This document shows, piece by piece, positions 6,366 through 15,406 of a stretch of DNA of 62,465 nt (the first letter of the stretch is position 1; each line of letters starts with the position of its first letter). Where the stretch lies: contig CAJXLG010000001.1 in assembly GCA_913055885.1 (NCBI GenBank), positions 1-62,465 on the forward strand, read 5' to 3'. The notes beneath the pieces were generated by a model. That model saw only the letters and a list, made by a program, of their open reading frames with translations, was not told where the DNA came from and did no database searches. A program made the position numbers and the translations under genes. The stretch is from an uncultured Rhodospirillales bacterium. GTDB lineage: Bacteria; Pseudomonadota; Alphaproteobacteria; Rhodospirillales; CAJXLG01.

Positions 6366-9263
6366 TCAGCCGGTGGCCTGGTCCTCGGGCAGCTCGCCCG
6401 GCAGCGGCAGGCGTACGTTGTCGCGCAGAAGGGCCTCCATGTCGCCGGCGGGCAGGGGCTTGGCGAAAAGGAAGCCCTGCACGGACTCGCATTTCCTGTT
6501 GTGCAGGAAAGCCAGGTGGTCGCGGGTCTCCACGCCTTCCGCCACCACCTTGAGATTGAGAGCGTGGGCGAGGGCCAGGATGGCCTCGACAATGGCGGCG
6601 TTGTTGGCGTCGGTGGTGACGTCGAAGACGAACGCCCGGTCCACCTTCAGCTTGGTGATGGGGAAGCGCCGCAGGACGGACAGCGAGGAATAGCCCGTGC
6701 CGAAATCGTCGATGGCGCAGCTTATGCCCCGGTCCAGGAAGGTGCGCAGGACGGAGATGGCGTGGTCCGGGTCCTGCATGGCCGAGGATTCCGTCAGCTC
6801 CAGCTCCAGGTACTCGGGCGACAGGCCGGTGGAGTCCAGGATCTCGTCCAGCGTCGCCGTGAGCTGGCGGGCGTTCTGGAACTGCCGCCCCGAGATGTTC
6901 ACGGCCACCGGGATGAAACCGTAGCCGCGCTGCTGCCACTGCCGGGTGTAGTGGCAGGACTTGCGCAGGATCTGGTCGGCGATGCCGTCGATGAGGCCGT
7001 ACTCTTCCGCAACCGGAATGAAATCGCCCGGCGACACCATGCCCAGCTCCGGATTCTCCCAGCGGGCCAGGGCCTCGGTGCCGATGATCTCGCCCGTCTC
7101 CAGCGAAATCTGGGGATGGAAGAAGGGAACGAACTCGTCGTTGTCGATGGCGCGGCGCAGCCGGGCCTGCAGCGACAGGGTCTTGGCGGCGCGCTCGGCC
7201 ATTTCGTTGGTGAAGAACTGGGCGGCCCCCACGCCCTGGCCCTTGGCGCGGTGCTGGGCGGCGTCGGCGTTCTTGATGAGCAGCTCGGCGTCCGTGCCGT
7301 GCTCCGGATAGACGGCGACGCCGATGGTGACCGACAGGTCGAATTCCTGCTGCTCCACCCGCACGGGCTGGCGGAAACAGCCGCGCACGGCCTCGATCAC
7401 CTCGCTGATGTCGGCGTCCTCGACGATGCCGGTGACCATCATGAGGAAGCGGTCGCCCGAGGCCCGGGCCAGGATGTCGGGCCTGCCGAGGGCCGACTGC
7501 ATGGTTTCGGCGGCGGCCTTCAGCACCTGGTCGCCGGTGGCGTGGCCGAAGGTGGCGTTGATGATGGAAAAGCCGTCCAGGCCCAGGGAGAGGACGGCGA
7601 CGCGGGTGCCGGCGCGGTCGGCGTGCGCCTGGGCCTGCTCGAACCGTTCCACCACCAGCGACCGATTGGGAATGCCCGTGACGGGATCGTAATAGGCCAG
7701 GTAGCGCAGGCGCTCCTCGGCCTCCTTGCGGTCCGTCACGTCCAGGGTGATGCCGTCCCACACCACGGTGCCGTCGGGCTGCCGGCGCGGGCGCGACTGG
7801 CCGCGCAGCCAGCGCTGCCGGCCGTCGCGGTGGGTCACCCGCAATTCCTCCTCGAAAGGCTCCAGGGTTTCCGCCGAGCGGCCCAGGTGAGCCTCGAACT
7901 GCGCCCGGTCCTCGGGGTGCAGGGCCTCCAGGAAAAGCTCGGGCGCGGCCACCAGCTCCTCGGGCTCGACGCCCAGCACCTCGCGGCAGCCCTCGCTCAC
8001 GTAGGGGTAGGCCACGGTGCCGTCGGGCCGGCGCACGCGCTGGAAGACGATGCCGGGCAGGTTGGCGGCGATGCTGGACAGCCGCTGCTCGCTCTCGCGC
8101 AGGGCCTCCTCGGTGAGCTTGCGCACGGTGATGTCGCGACCGACGCCGACGAAGACGCGCCCCGTCTCCGTGCGCACCTCGCTCACCGCCAGCTCCAGGG
8201 GGAAGGTGGTGCCGTCGCGCCGGCGGCCCTCCGTCTCGCGCGGACCCTGGCCGACGAGTCCGGTGTCCGTGCCGGCGGCCTGGACGTGGATGTCCTCGGC
8301 GCGGGTCAGGCTGGCCGTCTCGGGCATGAGGCCCGCCACGTCCATGCCCACGAGGTCCGCCTCGGCGTAGCCGAACATCTCCCCGGCCGCCGGGTTGGCC
8401 GATTCGATGCGGCCCTCGGCGTTGATGGTTAGGATGGCGTCGGCGGCATGGTCCATCACCATTTCCACGCGCTGCTCGGCGCGCTTGCGGTCGGTGATGT
8501 CGATGAGCACGCCGTCCCACAGGATGTCGCCGTTGTTGAGGAGCTGCGGCCCGGCGGAGCCCGAAAGCCAGCGGATCTGGGAATCCCGCGTGATGGCGCG
8601 GAACTCCTCGTGGCAGGGGGTCAGGTTGGCGGCGGACCGCTGCATGGCCTCGCGGCGCGCATCGCGGTCCGCCCAGTGCACCACGTCGATGTCGCCCGCC
8701 TTGTTGAACGGCAGGTCTTCCGGCGTATAGCCCAGGATGGCCTCGGTGGCCGGGCTCAGGAACGGATAGGCAAAGCTGCCGTCGGGGTGCATGAGGCGCT
8801 GGAAAACGATGCCCGGGATGTTGTTGGCGATGCTGCCCAGGCGTTCCTCCGTCTCCAGGAACACCTCCTCCAGCTCGCGACGGCTGGTGACGTCGCGCAG
8901 GATGGCCATGTGGACCTGCTCGCCGCTCACCTCGACGCGGCTGGTGGCGCTTTCCACGAAGACCGTGCGTCCGTCGCTGCGCCGGCACGCCACGTCGCGC
9001 GTGTTGCCGAGCACGCTCACATTCTCGCCGGGGGCGGCCAGGAGGCCGCTGAAGGGGTCCTCGTCCGGGTTTTCCAGGAGATCGTAGACGGACAGGCCCA
9101 CCAGGCCGCCCGTGTACCCGAACAGGGCGTGGGCGGCCCGGTTGGCGCCGCGCACCGTGCCGTCGTCCGCCACCAGCAGGATGGCGTCGGCCGCGTGCTG
9201 GATGAGATCGCGGCATACGCCGCTCACGTCCGTCAGGGCGGGCGCTTCACTGTCCTGCGTCAT
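6366..9263 (-). CDS. Multi-PAS sensor protein with a degenerate GGDEF domain and an intact EAL domain (probable c-di-GMP phosphodiesterase)
   Basis: There are four PAS-like modules: two of type AADAIL...G....N.AA...FGY and two of type NIPGIVFQR..(H/R)PDG..AYP. The GGDEF position reads RASGDRF. The EAL motifs are intact: [33 protein letters not shown]. Confidence 0.9.
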   Translation of the reverse strand: MTQDSEAPALTDVSGVCRDLIQHAADAILLVADDGTVRGANRAAHALFGYTGGLVGLSVYDLLENPDEDPFSGLLAAPGENVSVLGNTRDVACRRSDGRTVFVESATSRVEVSGEQVHMAILRDVTSRRELEEVFLETEERLGSIANNIPGIVFQRLMHPDGSFAYPFLSPATEAILGYTPEDLPFNKAGDIDVVHWADRDARREAMQRSAANLTPCHEEFRAITRDSQIRWLSGSAGPQLLNNGDILWDGVLIDITDRKRAEQRVEMVMDHAADAILTINAEGRIESANPAAGEMFGYAEADLVGMDVAGLMPETASLTRAEDIHVQAAGTDTGLVGQGPRETEGRRRDGTTFPLELAVSEVRTETGRVFVGVGRDITVRKLTEEALRESEQRLSSIAANLPGIVFQRVRRPDGTVAYPYVSEGCREVLGVEPEELVAAPELFLEALHPEDRAQFEAHLGRSAETLEPFEEELRVTHRDGRQRWLRGQSRPRRQPDGTVVWDGITLDVTDRKEAEERLRYLAYYDPVTGIPNRSLVVERFEQAQAHADRAGTRVAVLSLGLDGFSIINATFGHATGDQVLKAAAETMQSALGRPDILARASGDRFLMMVTGIVEDADISEVIEAVRGCFRQPVRVEQQEFDLSVTIGVAVYPEHGTDAELLIKNADAAQHRAKGQGVGAAQFFTNEMAERAAKTLSLQARLRRAIDNDEFVPFFHPQISLETGEIIGTEALARWENPELGMVSPGDFIPVAEEYGLIDGIADQILRKSCHYTRQWQQRGYGFIPVAVNISGRQFQNARQLTATLDEILDSTGLSPEYLELELTESSAMQDPDHAISVLRTFLDRGISCAIDDFGTGYSSLSVLRRFPITKLKVDRAFVFDVTTDANNAAIVEAILALAHALNLKVVAEGVETRDHLAFLHNRKCESVQGFLFAKPLPAGDMEALLRDNVRLPLPGELPEDQATG

Positions 9264-9360
9264 GCGCGGCGGTTCCGGCTGGTTTCAGGGCATGTCTCGG
9301 CGGTTCTCGGCGCCGGGATGGTAAAGCCTGCCCCCGGATTCGGCAACGGCCGACATGCCA

Positions 9361-10785
9361 TCAGCCGTCGCCCCCCAGGGTCTTCAGGCGGTCGGCCGCC
9401 GCCTTGCCCAGGGCGCTGTCCGGCCCCGCCTTGTCACGCGCCTTTTCCAGGCGCTTGCGGGCCGTGGCCGTGTCGCCCTTCTGTTGGGCCGCCACGCCAC
9501 CCAGAAACAGGGTCTCGGGCGCCGTGCCGCCGCGCGCCAGGGCCGCCGTCACGGCCTTCACCGCCGCCTCGGGCATGGGGGTGTCGCCGCCCTGCCAGCC
9601 GGCCCGGGCCAGGAGCGCCCGGGCGCGCAGGCGGCGCGGCGCCGGCGCCTCGGGTTTCAGGTCCACGAGCCGGCCGAAGGCCTCCACCGCCGTGTCGTAC
9701 CGCCGGCCCATCATGGCGGCGCGGCCCAGGCGCCGCCAGGCGGCGGCGTCCCCGGGGCTCTCCTCGGCCGCCTGGCGCAGCCGCTTGAGCATGGCGTCCA
9801 CCCGCTGGGCCATCTCGGCGGCCTTTTTGTCGATGGCCTTCTCCTGGTCCGCCGATTCCCGGTTTTCGGCGATGATGCGGTCGTAGTCGGGCGTGGCCGG
9901 TTCGATGGCGCCGGGGGTGGTGTCGAGCTGGTCGGCAGCGCGCTTGATGGACTCCTTGACGGTGCCCACCCACGACGCCCCCTCCGGCGCCTTCTGCACG
10001 GTGGCCTTCCACAGGCCGGCCGCGGCCCGCAGGCGGCCGTTCTGGGCCAGACCCATGCCCAGGTAGAAGGGGGCGCGCGGGTCCTCGGCGCCGGCCTTCA
10101 TGGCGCGCGCCAGGGCGACCATGGCGCGCGCCGGCACGCGGCCGTCCCGCCCGCGCACCAGGGCCTCGCCCAGCCCCGCCCAGGCGCGCGGGCCGCCGCC
10201 GGTGCGGTCGATGCGGGACTGCCACGCGGAAGCCGCCTCCTGCCAGCGGCCCATGACGGTGTAGGCGCGCGCCAGCCGGCGCCAGCCCTCCGGATTGTCG
10301 GGGTTCTCTTCCAGGCGCTTGCGCAGGCGCTCCACCATGGCCTGCACGTCCTGGCGCGACATTTCGCCGGACGGACCCTTGGCGGCGGTGCGGCTTTCGC
10401 CGCCGACGTCGCGTTCGGCGTAGGGGTGGTCCCGCATGCCCGGGTTGCCCAGGGCGGCATAGGTGCCGAAGGCGGCCAGGGGGATGATGACGATGAGGAC
10501 CCCGGCGAGGGTGCGGCTGCGGCCCGGGGTGAGGCGCACGGCATCGGCGCTGTCGGCGGCCAGCATGCGGCGCTTGATCTCCGTGCGCGCCGCCTCGGCG
10601 GCATCGGGGCTCATGAGCCCCTCCTGCTCGTCGTTGTCCACCTCGGCGAGCTGGTCGCGGAAGACCTGCATGTCGTAGGCGCGCCGGCCGGTGGTATCGC
10701 CCGCGCCGGCGCCGCGCCACAGGGGCACGCCGATGAGCAGGACGGCGAGCAGGGTGAGGACGGCGGCGGCGATCCACAGGGTCAT
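9361..10785 (-). CDS. ccmI: Cytochrome c-type biogenesis protein CcmI (CycH), TPR-containing
   Basis: It has the N-terminal TM MTLWIAAAVLTLLAVLL, then YDMQVFRDQLAEVD....GL....A..A..EI.RR, then TPR-like repeats. The start overlaps the ccmH stop (ATGA). Confidence 0.8.
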   Translation of the reverse strand: MTLWIAAAVLTLLAVLLIGVPLWRGAGAGDTTGRRAYDMQVFRDQLAEVDNDEQEGLMSPDAAEAARTEIKRRMLAADSADAVRLTPGRSRTLAGVLIVIIPLAAFGTYAALGNPGMRDHPYAERDVGGESRTAAKGPSGEMSRQDVQAMVERLRKRLEENPDNPEGWRRLARAYTVMGRWQEAASAWQSRIDRTGGGPRAWAGLGEALVRGRDGRVPARAMVALARAMKAGAEDPRAPFYLGMGLAQNGRLRAAAGLWKATVQKAPEGASWVGTVKESIKRAADQLDTTPGAIEPATPDYDRIIAENRESADQEKAIDKKAAEMAQRVDAMLKRLRQAAEESPGDAAAWRRLGRAAMMGRRYDTAVEAFGRLVDLKPEAPAPRRLRARALLARAGWQGGDTPMPEAAVKAVTAALARGGTAPETLFLGGVAAQQKGDTATARKRLEKARDKAGPDSALGKAAADRLKTLGGDG

Positions 10786-11285
10786 GTAGCCTCCCCGCGG
10801 CGGTCGTCGTCGGCCGCCGCATCATCGTCTTCGGCCAGCAGGCGGTCGGCGCGCGCGGCCTCCTCGGCGGACAGGGGCGCGTCCTCGGCGTCGCGCGTGC
10901 GCCGCTGGCGGTAGTACACGAGGACGGCCCCCAGGGCGATGAGCGCCAGCACCGCCGGCCCGCCCCACAGCGCGTAGGTCTTGGGTTTCACGGGCGGGTT
11001 GAGCAGCACATAGTCGCCGTAGCGCGACTGCATGTACTGGATGACCTCCTCGTTGGTGGCGCCCGCCTTGATGCGCTCGCGCACGATCTTGCGCATATCG
11101 GCGGCCAGGTCGGCGTTGGAGTTGGCGATGGCCTGATTCTGGCACACCACGCAGCGCAGCTTCTCGCCCACTTCCTGGGCGCGCTGCTCCAGCCCGGGAT
11201 CGTCCAGCTTCTCGCTGGGCTGGACGGCGGCGGCCGGGGCGGCCAAGAGCGCGCCGGCCACGACGAGGGCGGCGGTCAGCCTCAT
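10782..11285 (-). CDS. ccmH: Cytochrome c-type biogenesis protein CcmH (CycL)
   Basis: The protein has a signal peptide MRLTAALVVAGALLAAPAAA, the LRCVVCQNQ CXXC motif followed by SNADLAADMR, and a C-terminal TM. The start at 11285 overlaps the ccmG stop. Confidence 0.85.
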   Translation of the reverse strand: MRLTAALVVAGALLAAPAAAVQPSEKLDDPGLEQRAQEVGEKLRCVVCQNQAIANSNADLAADMRKIVRERIKAGATNEEVIQYMQSRYGDYVLLNPPVKPKTYALWGGPAVLALIALGAVLVYYRQRRTRDAEDAPLSAEEAARADRLLAEDDDAAADDDRRGEAT

Positions 11286-11821
11286 GACGTCCTCCGCAGC
11301 TTGCGGATGAGCGGCAGCATGGTGTCCTTCCACACCTTCGGCGTGATGGGCCCGGTGTGTTTGTAGCGGATGCGGCCGTCGGGCCCCACGATGAAGGTCT
11401 CCGGCGCGCCGGTGACGCCGAGGTCGATGGCCACCCTGCTGTCCGGGTCCAGGCCGATGCGGTCGTAGGGGTCGCCATGGCGTGCCAACCAGGCCTTGCC
11501 GGCCTCGGGGTCGTCCTTCCAGTCGATGCCGTGCAACGGAATGTCGTACTCGCGCTGGATGCGCTTGAGCATGGGGTGCTCGGCGACGCAGCTGCGGCAC
11601 CACGAGCCGAAGATGTTCAGAAGACTCACCTGCCCCTTCAGGTCCCCGCTCGACAGCGCCCGGCCGCGTCCGGGCAGGGGGTCCAGGGCGAATTGCGGCA
11701 CCTTGCGGTCGATGAGCTGCGACGGCAGGGTCTCCTTGTCCGGGTCGCCCAGGCGCAGAGCGAAGGCGACCACCAGCCCGGCCAGGATAATGAGGGGCAG
11801 GAGATAGAGGATGCGCCGCAT
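11282..11821 (-). CDS. ccmG: Thiol:disulfide interchange protein CcmG/DsbE (CycY)
   Basis: The protein has an N-terminal anchor and a thioredoxin-fold motif NIFGSWCRSC. GVTGAPETFIVGPDGRIRYKH is typical of DsbE. The start at 11821 overlaps the ccmF stop. Confidence 0.9.
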   Translation of the reverse strand: MRRILYLLPLIILAGLVVAFALRLGDPDKETLPSQLIDRKVPQFALDPLPGRGRALSSGDLKGQVSLLNIFGSWCRSCVAEHPMLKRIQREYDIPLHGIDWKDDPEAGKAWLARHGDPYDRIGLDPDSRVAIDLGVTGAPETFIVGPDGRIRYKHTGPITPKVWKDTMLPLIRKLRRTS

Positions 11822-13821
11822 CACGCGCCCTCCCCGTCCGTCTGCCGGCGCGCCGTCCGGGCGCGGGCGGGCACGCCCACCCGGTGCCGCCGGTCGCTCA
11901 GCGATACCAGGCCGCCCAGGACCATCACCACGGAGCCGATCCAGATCCACGGCACCAGCGGGTTATAGTACAGCCGGGTGACGAAGCCCTCGCGCTTCTT
12001 GGCCGGATCGCCCACCACGGCGTACAGATCGCCGACCCAGGTGGTGTGGATGGCGGCCTCGGTGGTGGGCATGGAGCGCACCTCGTAGCTGCGCTTGGAG
12101 GGATCCAGGGTGGTGATGGTGGCCCCGTCCGGCCCCTTCACCGTGAAGCTTCCCTGGACCGCCGTGTAGTTGGGGCCCTTCACCTCCCTGGCGCCGTGGA
12201 AGGCGAAGGTGTAGCCGGCGACCGTCTGGCTGTCGCCGGCGGCCATGACCTGGACGCTTTCCACCTTCCACAGGCTGGAGCCCACCATGCCGGCGATGGC
12301 GATGCCCAGGCCCAGGTGCGCCAGGGTCATGCCCCAGGCGGCGCGCGGCATGCCGGGCAGGCGCCGCAGCGCCGTGGCCGGGCCGTGGCGGTAGAAGCCG
12401 GACCGCTCCAGGAGTTCCACCAGGGTGCCCACCACCAGCCAGGCGGCGAGGCCCATGCCGATGGCGGCCACCACGGCGCTGCCTGCCGTGTCGCTGCGCA
12501 GGATGCCCCAGCCGGCGGCGACGCCGGCGGCCAGGGCGGCGGGCACGAGGCGTGCCAGGGCCCGGCCGAGGCGGCCGCGCTTCCAGGCCAGCATGGGCCC
12601 CACGGCCATGGCGAGCACCAGCGGGATCATCAGGATGCCGAAGGTGTAGTTGTAGTAGGGCGGGCCCACGGACACCTTGCCCATGCCCAGCACCTCCACG
12701 ATGAGGGGGAAGAGGGTGCCCAGCAGCACGGTGCCGGTGGCGGCGGCCATCAGGGCATTGTTGAGCAGCAGGCTGCCCTCGCGCGAGACGGGCCGGAACA
12801 GGCCCCCGCCCTTCAGGTGCGGCGCCCGCCAGGCGTAGAGGGCGAACGACACCCCCAGCACGATGGCCAGCAGCCCCAGGATGAAGACGCCGCGCGTGGG
12901 ATCGCTGGCGAAGGCGTGGACGGAGGTGAGCACGCCCGAGCGCACCAGGAAGGTGCCCAGCAGGCTCAGGGCAAAGGTGATGATGGCAAGCAGGATGGTC
13001 CAGCTTTTCAGGGCGTCGCGCTTTTCCACCACGATGGCGGAGTGCAGGAGCGCCGTGCCCGCCAGCCAGGGCAGCAGGGAGGCGTTCTCCACGGGGTCCC
13101 AGAACCACCAGCCGCCCCAGCCGAGCTCGTAATAGGCCCACCAGGCGCCGAGCCCGATGCCCAGCGTCAGGAAGATCCAGGCGGCCAGGGTCCACGGCCG
13201 CACCCAGCGCGCCCAGGCGGCGTCCACCCGGCCCTCGATGAGGGCCGCCACGGCGAAGGAGAAGGCCATGGAGAAGCCCACGTAGCCCAGGTAGAGGAAC
13301 GGCGGGTGGAAGGCCAGCCCCGGGTCCTGGAGGATGGGGTTGAGCCCCTGGCCGTTCACGGGCGGCGGCATGGTGCGGGCGAAGGGGTTGGAGGTGAAGA
13401 GCAGGAAGCCCAGGAAGCCGAAGGCCACCAGCGCCTGGATGGCGAGCGCCCGGGCGCGCAGGGCGGGCGGCAGGTTGTTGCCGAACAGCGCCAGCGCCAG
13501 CCCGAAGACGGCCAGGATGAGCACCCAGAGCAGCAGGGAGCCCTCGTGGTTCCCCCACACGCCGGTGATCTTGTACAGGAGCGGCTTCGCCGTGTGCGAG
13601 TTGTTCACCACGTTCAGCACGGAGAAGTCGGACACCACGTAGGCGTAGGTGAGGGCGGCGAAGGCGGTGCCCACGGCCAGGAACTGGGCCAGGGAGGCGG
13701 CGGGCGCCACGGCCATGAGGCCGGCGTTGCCACGCTGCGCCCCGACCAGGGGCACGACCCCCTGGACCAGGGCCACCACGAAGCCGAGGACGAGGGCGAA
13801 GTGGCCGAATTCGACGATCAT
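11821..13821 (-). CDS. ccmF: Cytochrome c heme lyase subunit CcmF
   Basis: The 666-aa polytopic protein has MIVEFGHFAL..., GVWGNHEGSLLLW and the WWD-type tryptophan-rich motif WGGWWFWDPVEN. Confidence 0.95.
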   Translation of the reverse strand: MIVEFGHFALVLGFVVALVQGVVPLVGAQRGNAGLMAVAPAASLAQFLAVGTAFAALTYAYVVSDFSVLNVVNNSHTAKPLLYKITGVWGNHEGSLLLWVLILAVFGLALALFGNNLPPALRARALAIQALVAFGFLGFLLFTSNPFARTMPPPVNGQGLNPILQDPGLAFHPPFLYLGYVGFSMAFSFAVAALIEGRVDAAWARWVRPWTLAAWIFLTLGIGLGAWWAYYELGWGGWWFWDPVENASLLPWLAGTALLHSAIVVEKRDALKSWTILLAIITFALSLLGTFLVRSGVLTSVHAFASDPTRGVFILGLLAIVLGVSFALYAWRAPHLKGGGLFRPVSREGSLLLNNALMAAATGTVLLGTLFPLIVEVLGMGKVSVGPPYYNYTFGILMIPLVLAMAVGPMLAWKRGRLGRALARLVPAALAAGVAAGWGILRSDTAGSAVVAAIGMGLAAWLVVGTLVELLERSGFYRHGPATALRRLPGMPRAAWGMTLAHLGLGIAIAGMVGSSLWKVESVQVMAAGDSQTVAGYTFAFHGAREVKGPNYTAVQGSFTVKGPDGATITTLDPSKRSYEVRSMPTTEAAIHTTWVGDLYAVVGDPAKKREGFVTRLYYNPLVPWIWIGSVVMVLGGLVSLSDRRHRVGVPARARTARRQTDGEGA

Positions 13822-14291
13822 TTCTTGTTCTTCTGCTCCTGCCAGTGCCCGTCTTCCTTGAGGGTCTCGGCCACCGCCGGCGGCATGTAGTTCTCGTCGT
13901 GCTTGGCGAGCACCTCGTCGGCGATGAAGGTGCCGTCCTTGCGCAGGTGGCCCTCGGCCACCACGCCCTGCCCCTCGCGGAACAGGTCGGGCAGGATGCC
14001 GCTGTAGACGACGGGAACGTCGGTTTTCCTGTCCGTGACGACGAAGCGCACCCTGGCCCCGCCCTTGACCTTTTCGATGCTGTCCTGCTTCACGAGGCCG
14101 CCCAGGCGCAGCCGCTGGTCGGGGGCCGGCGCCTTCCGCTGCATTTTGCTGGGGCCGTAGAAGAACACCAGGTTGTCGTCGAAGGCCGTCAGCACCAGGG
14201 CCGTGGCACCGGCCAGGGCGATGAGCCCCAGGGCCAGGAAGGACAGGCGGCGGCGTTTAAGAAGCTTCGACCGGGACAGAGTCTTCGCCAT
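13818..14291 (-). CDS. ccmE: Heme chaperone CcmE
   Basis: The protein begins MAKTLSRSKLLKRRR with a TM anchor. It also has LRLGGLV, GQGVVAEG and the heme-binding LAKHDENYMPP motif. The start was chosen at 14291, inside a longer listed ORF. Confidence 0.9.
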   Translation of the reverse strand: MAKTLSRSKLLKRRRLSFLALGLIALAGATALVLTAFDDNLVFFYGPSKMQRKAPAPDQRLRLGGLVKQDSIEKVKGGARVRFVVTDRKTDVPVVYSGILPDLFREGQGVVAEGHLRKDGTFIADEVLAKHDENYMPPAVAETLKEDGHWQEQKNKK

Positions 14292-14487
14292 GGGCGGGGT
14301 CCTCGTCGTTGCGGGCGGGCGCGGCGCGGCGGGCCTGGCGGAGCGTCTGCAGGGTGCGTTCGTTGGCCCGCAGGTCGCGCAGGGTGGCCACCAGGAGGCC
14401 GAGCATGACCACGGCCGTGATGCCGTAGGCGGGCCACACGTAGGCGGCATAGCCCCCCATCCTCAGGAACTCGACAACAGCGTTCAC
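14257..14487 (-). CDS. ccmD: Heme exporter protein CcmD
   Basis: This small protein has the MGGYAAYVWPAYGITAVVMLGLL TM typical of CcmD. Its GTG start overlaps the ccmC stop (GTGA), and its 3' end overlaps the ccmE start by 35 nt. Confidence 0.7.
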   Translation of the reverse strand: MNAVVEFLRMGGYAAYVWPAYGITAVVMLGLLVATLRDLRANERTLQTLRQARRAAPARNDEDPAHGEDSVPVEAS

Positions 14488-15251
14488 GGCGCGGCCTCCC
14501 CGGTGTTTTCCGTCCCCCGCGTGTCACCCGGGGCCGTGCGGGCCTGGCCGAGCTGCAGGGTGCGGATCTTGGCGGCGGCAATGTCGCTTCGCATGCGCAG
14601 CAGCACAATGACGCCGAAGAAGGTGGTGAAGCCCACGGCCATCAACAAGAGGGGCGCCAGCATGCCGAGGGGCATCGCGGGCGCCGCCATGCGGCTCACG
14701 CTCGCCGACTGGTGGAGGGTGTTCCACCATTCCACGGAGAACTTGATGACGGGGATGTTGACGATCCCCACGAGGGCCAGGACGGCGCCCGCCTTGCTGC
14801 CCCGGTTCACGTCGTCGAACGCGTTGATGAGGGCCATGTAGCCGAGATACAGGAACAAAAGGATGAGCATGGAGGTGAGCCGGGCGTCCCACACCCACCA
14901 GGCGCCCCACATGGGCTTGCCCCACAGGCTGCCGGTGACGAGGCAGACGAAGGTGAAACCGGCACCCGCCGGGGCCGCCGCGCGCGCCGCCAGGTCCGCC
15001 AGGGGATGCTTCCACACCAGGAAGACGGCGGAGGCCACGGCCATGAAGGTGTAGCCGAACATGCCGATCCAGGCGGCGGGCACGTGGACGTACATGATGC
15101 GCGCGCTGTCGCCCTGCTGATAGTCGGGCGGCGCCACGCCCAGCCCCCAGACGAGGCCCGCGGCGAGCAGCACGATCGTGGCCCCGGCCAGCCACGGCAC
15201 GATCCGCCGCGACAGGTCGAGGAAGCGTTTGGGATTGGCGAAGCGGTGCAT
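14484..15251 (-). CDS. ccmC: Heme exporter/heme-handling protein CcmC
   Basis: The protein begins MHRFANPKRF. It also has MYVHVPAAW and the tryptophan-rich motif WGKPMWGAWWVWDARLTS. The start was chosen at 15251, inside a longer listed ORF. Confidence 0.9.
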   Translation of the reverse strand: MHRFANPKRFLDLSRRIVPWLAGATIVLLAAGLVWGLGVAPPDYQQGDSARIMYVHVPAAWIGMFGYTFMAVASAVFLVWKHPLADLAARAAAPAGAGFTFVCLVTGSLWGKPMWGAWWVWDARLTSMLILLFLYLGYMALINAFDDVNRGSKAGAVLALVGIVNIPVIKFSVEWWNTLHQSASVSRMAAPAMPLGMLAPLLLMAVGFTTFFGVIVLLRMRSDIAAAKIRTLQLGQARTAPGDTRGTENTGEAAP

Positions 15252-15406
15252 ACGCGTTCCGGCGCCCTCGTGTTTTCCCTTTTGTAACGTGGCGCGGGGC
15301 GTGTTTCCAGCCCCGGGCGGCTTTTTCCTCCTTTCGCATGATTTACAGACGTTTACCGCCCCACCACCGTCTGATACCCCCGTGACGTGCAAGGGGAATA
15401 TTGGGG

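Noticed and set aside
6052-9216. A 1054-aa ORF on the minus strand, in a different frame of the same region as the PAS-GGDEF-EAL gene, plus a 765-aa plus-strand ORF at 6135-8432.
   Set aside because: The translations are Arg/Pro/Gly/Ala-rich with no motifs. This is typical of stop-codon-poor alternative frames in very GC-rich DNA. The 6366-9263 frame carries unambiguous PAS, GGDEF and EAL motifs.
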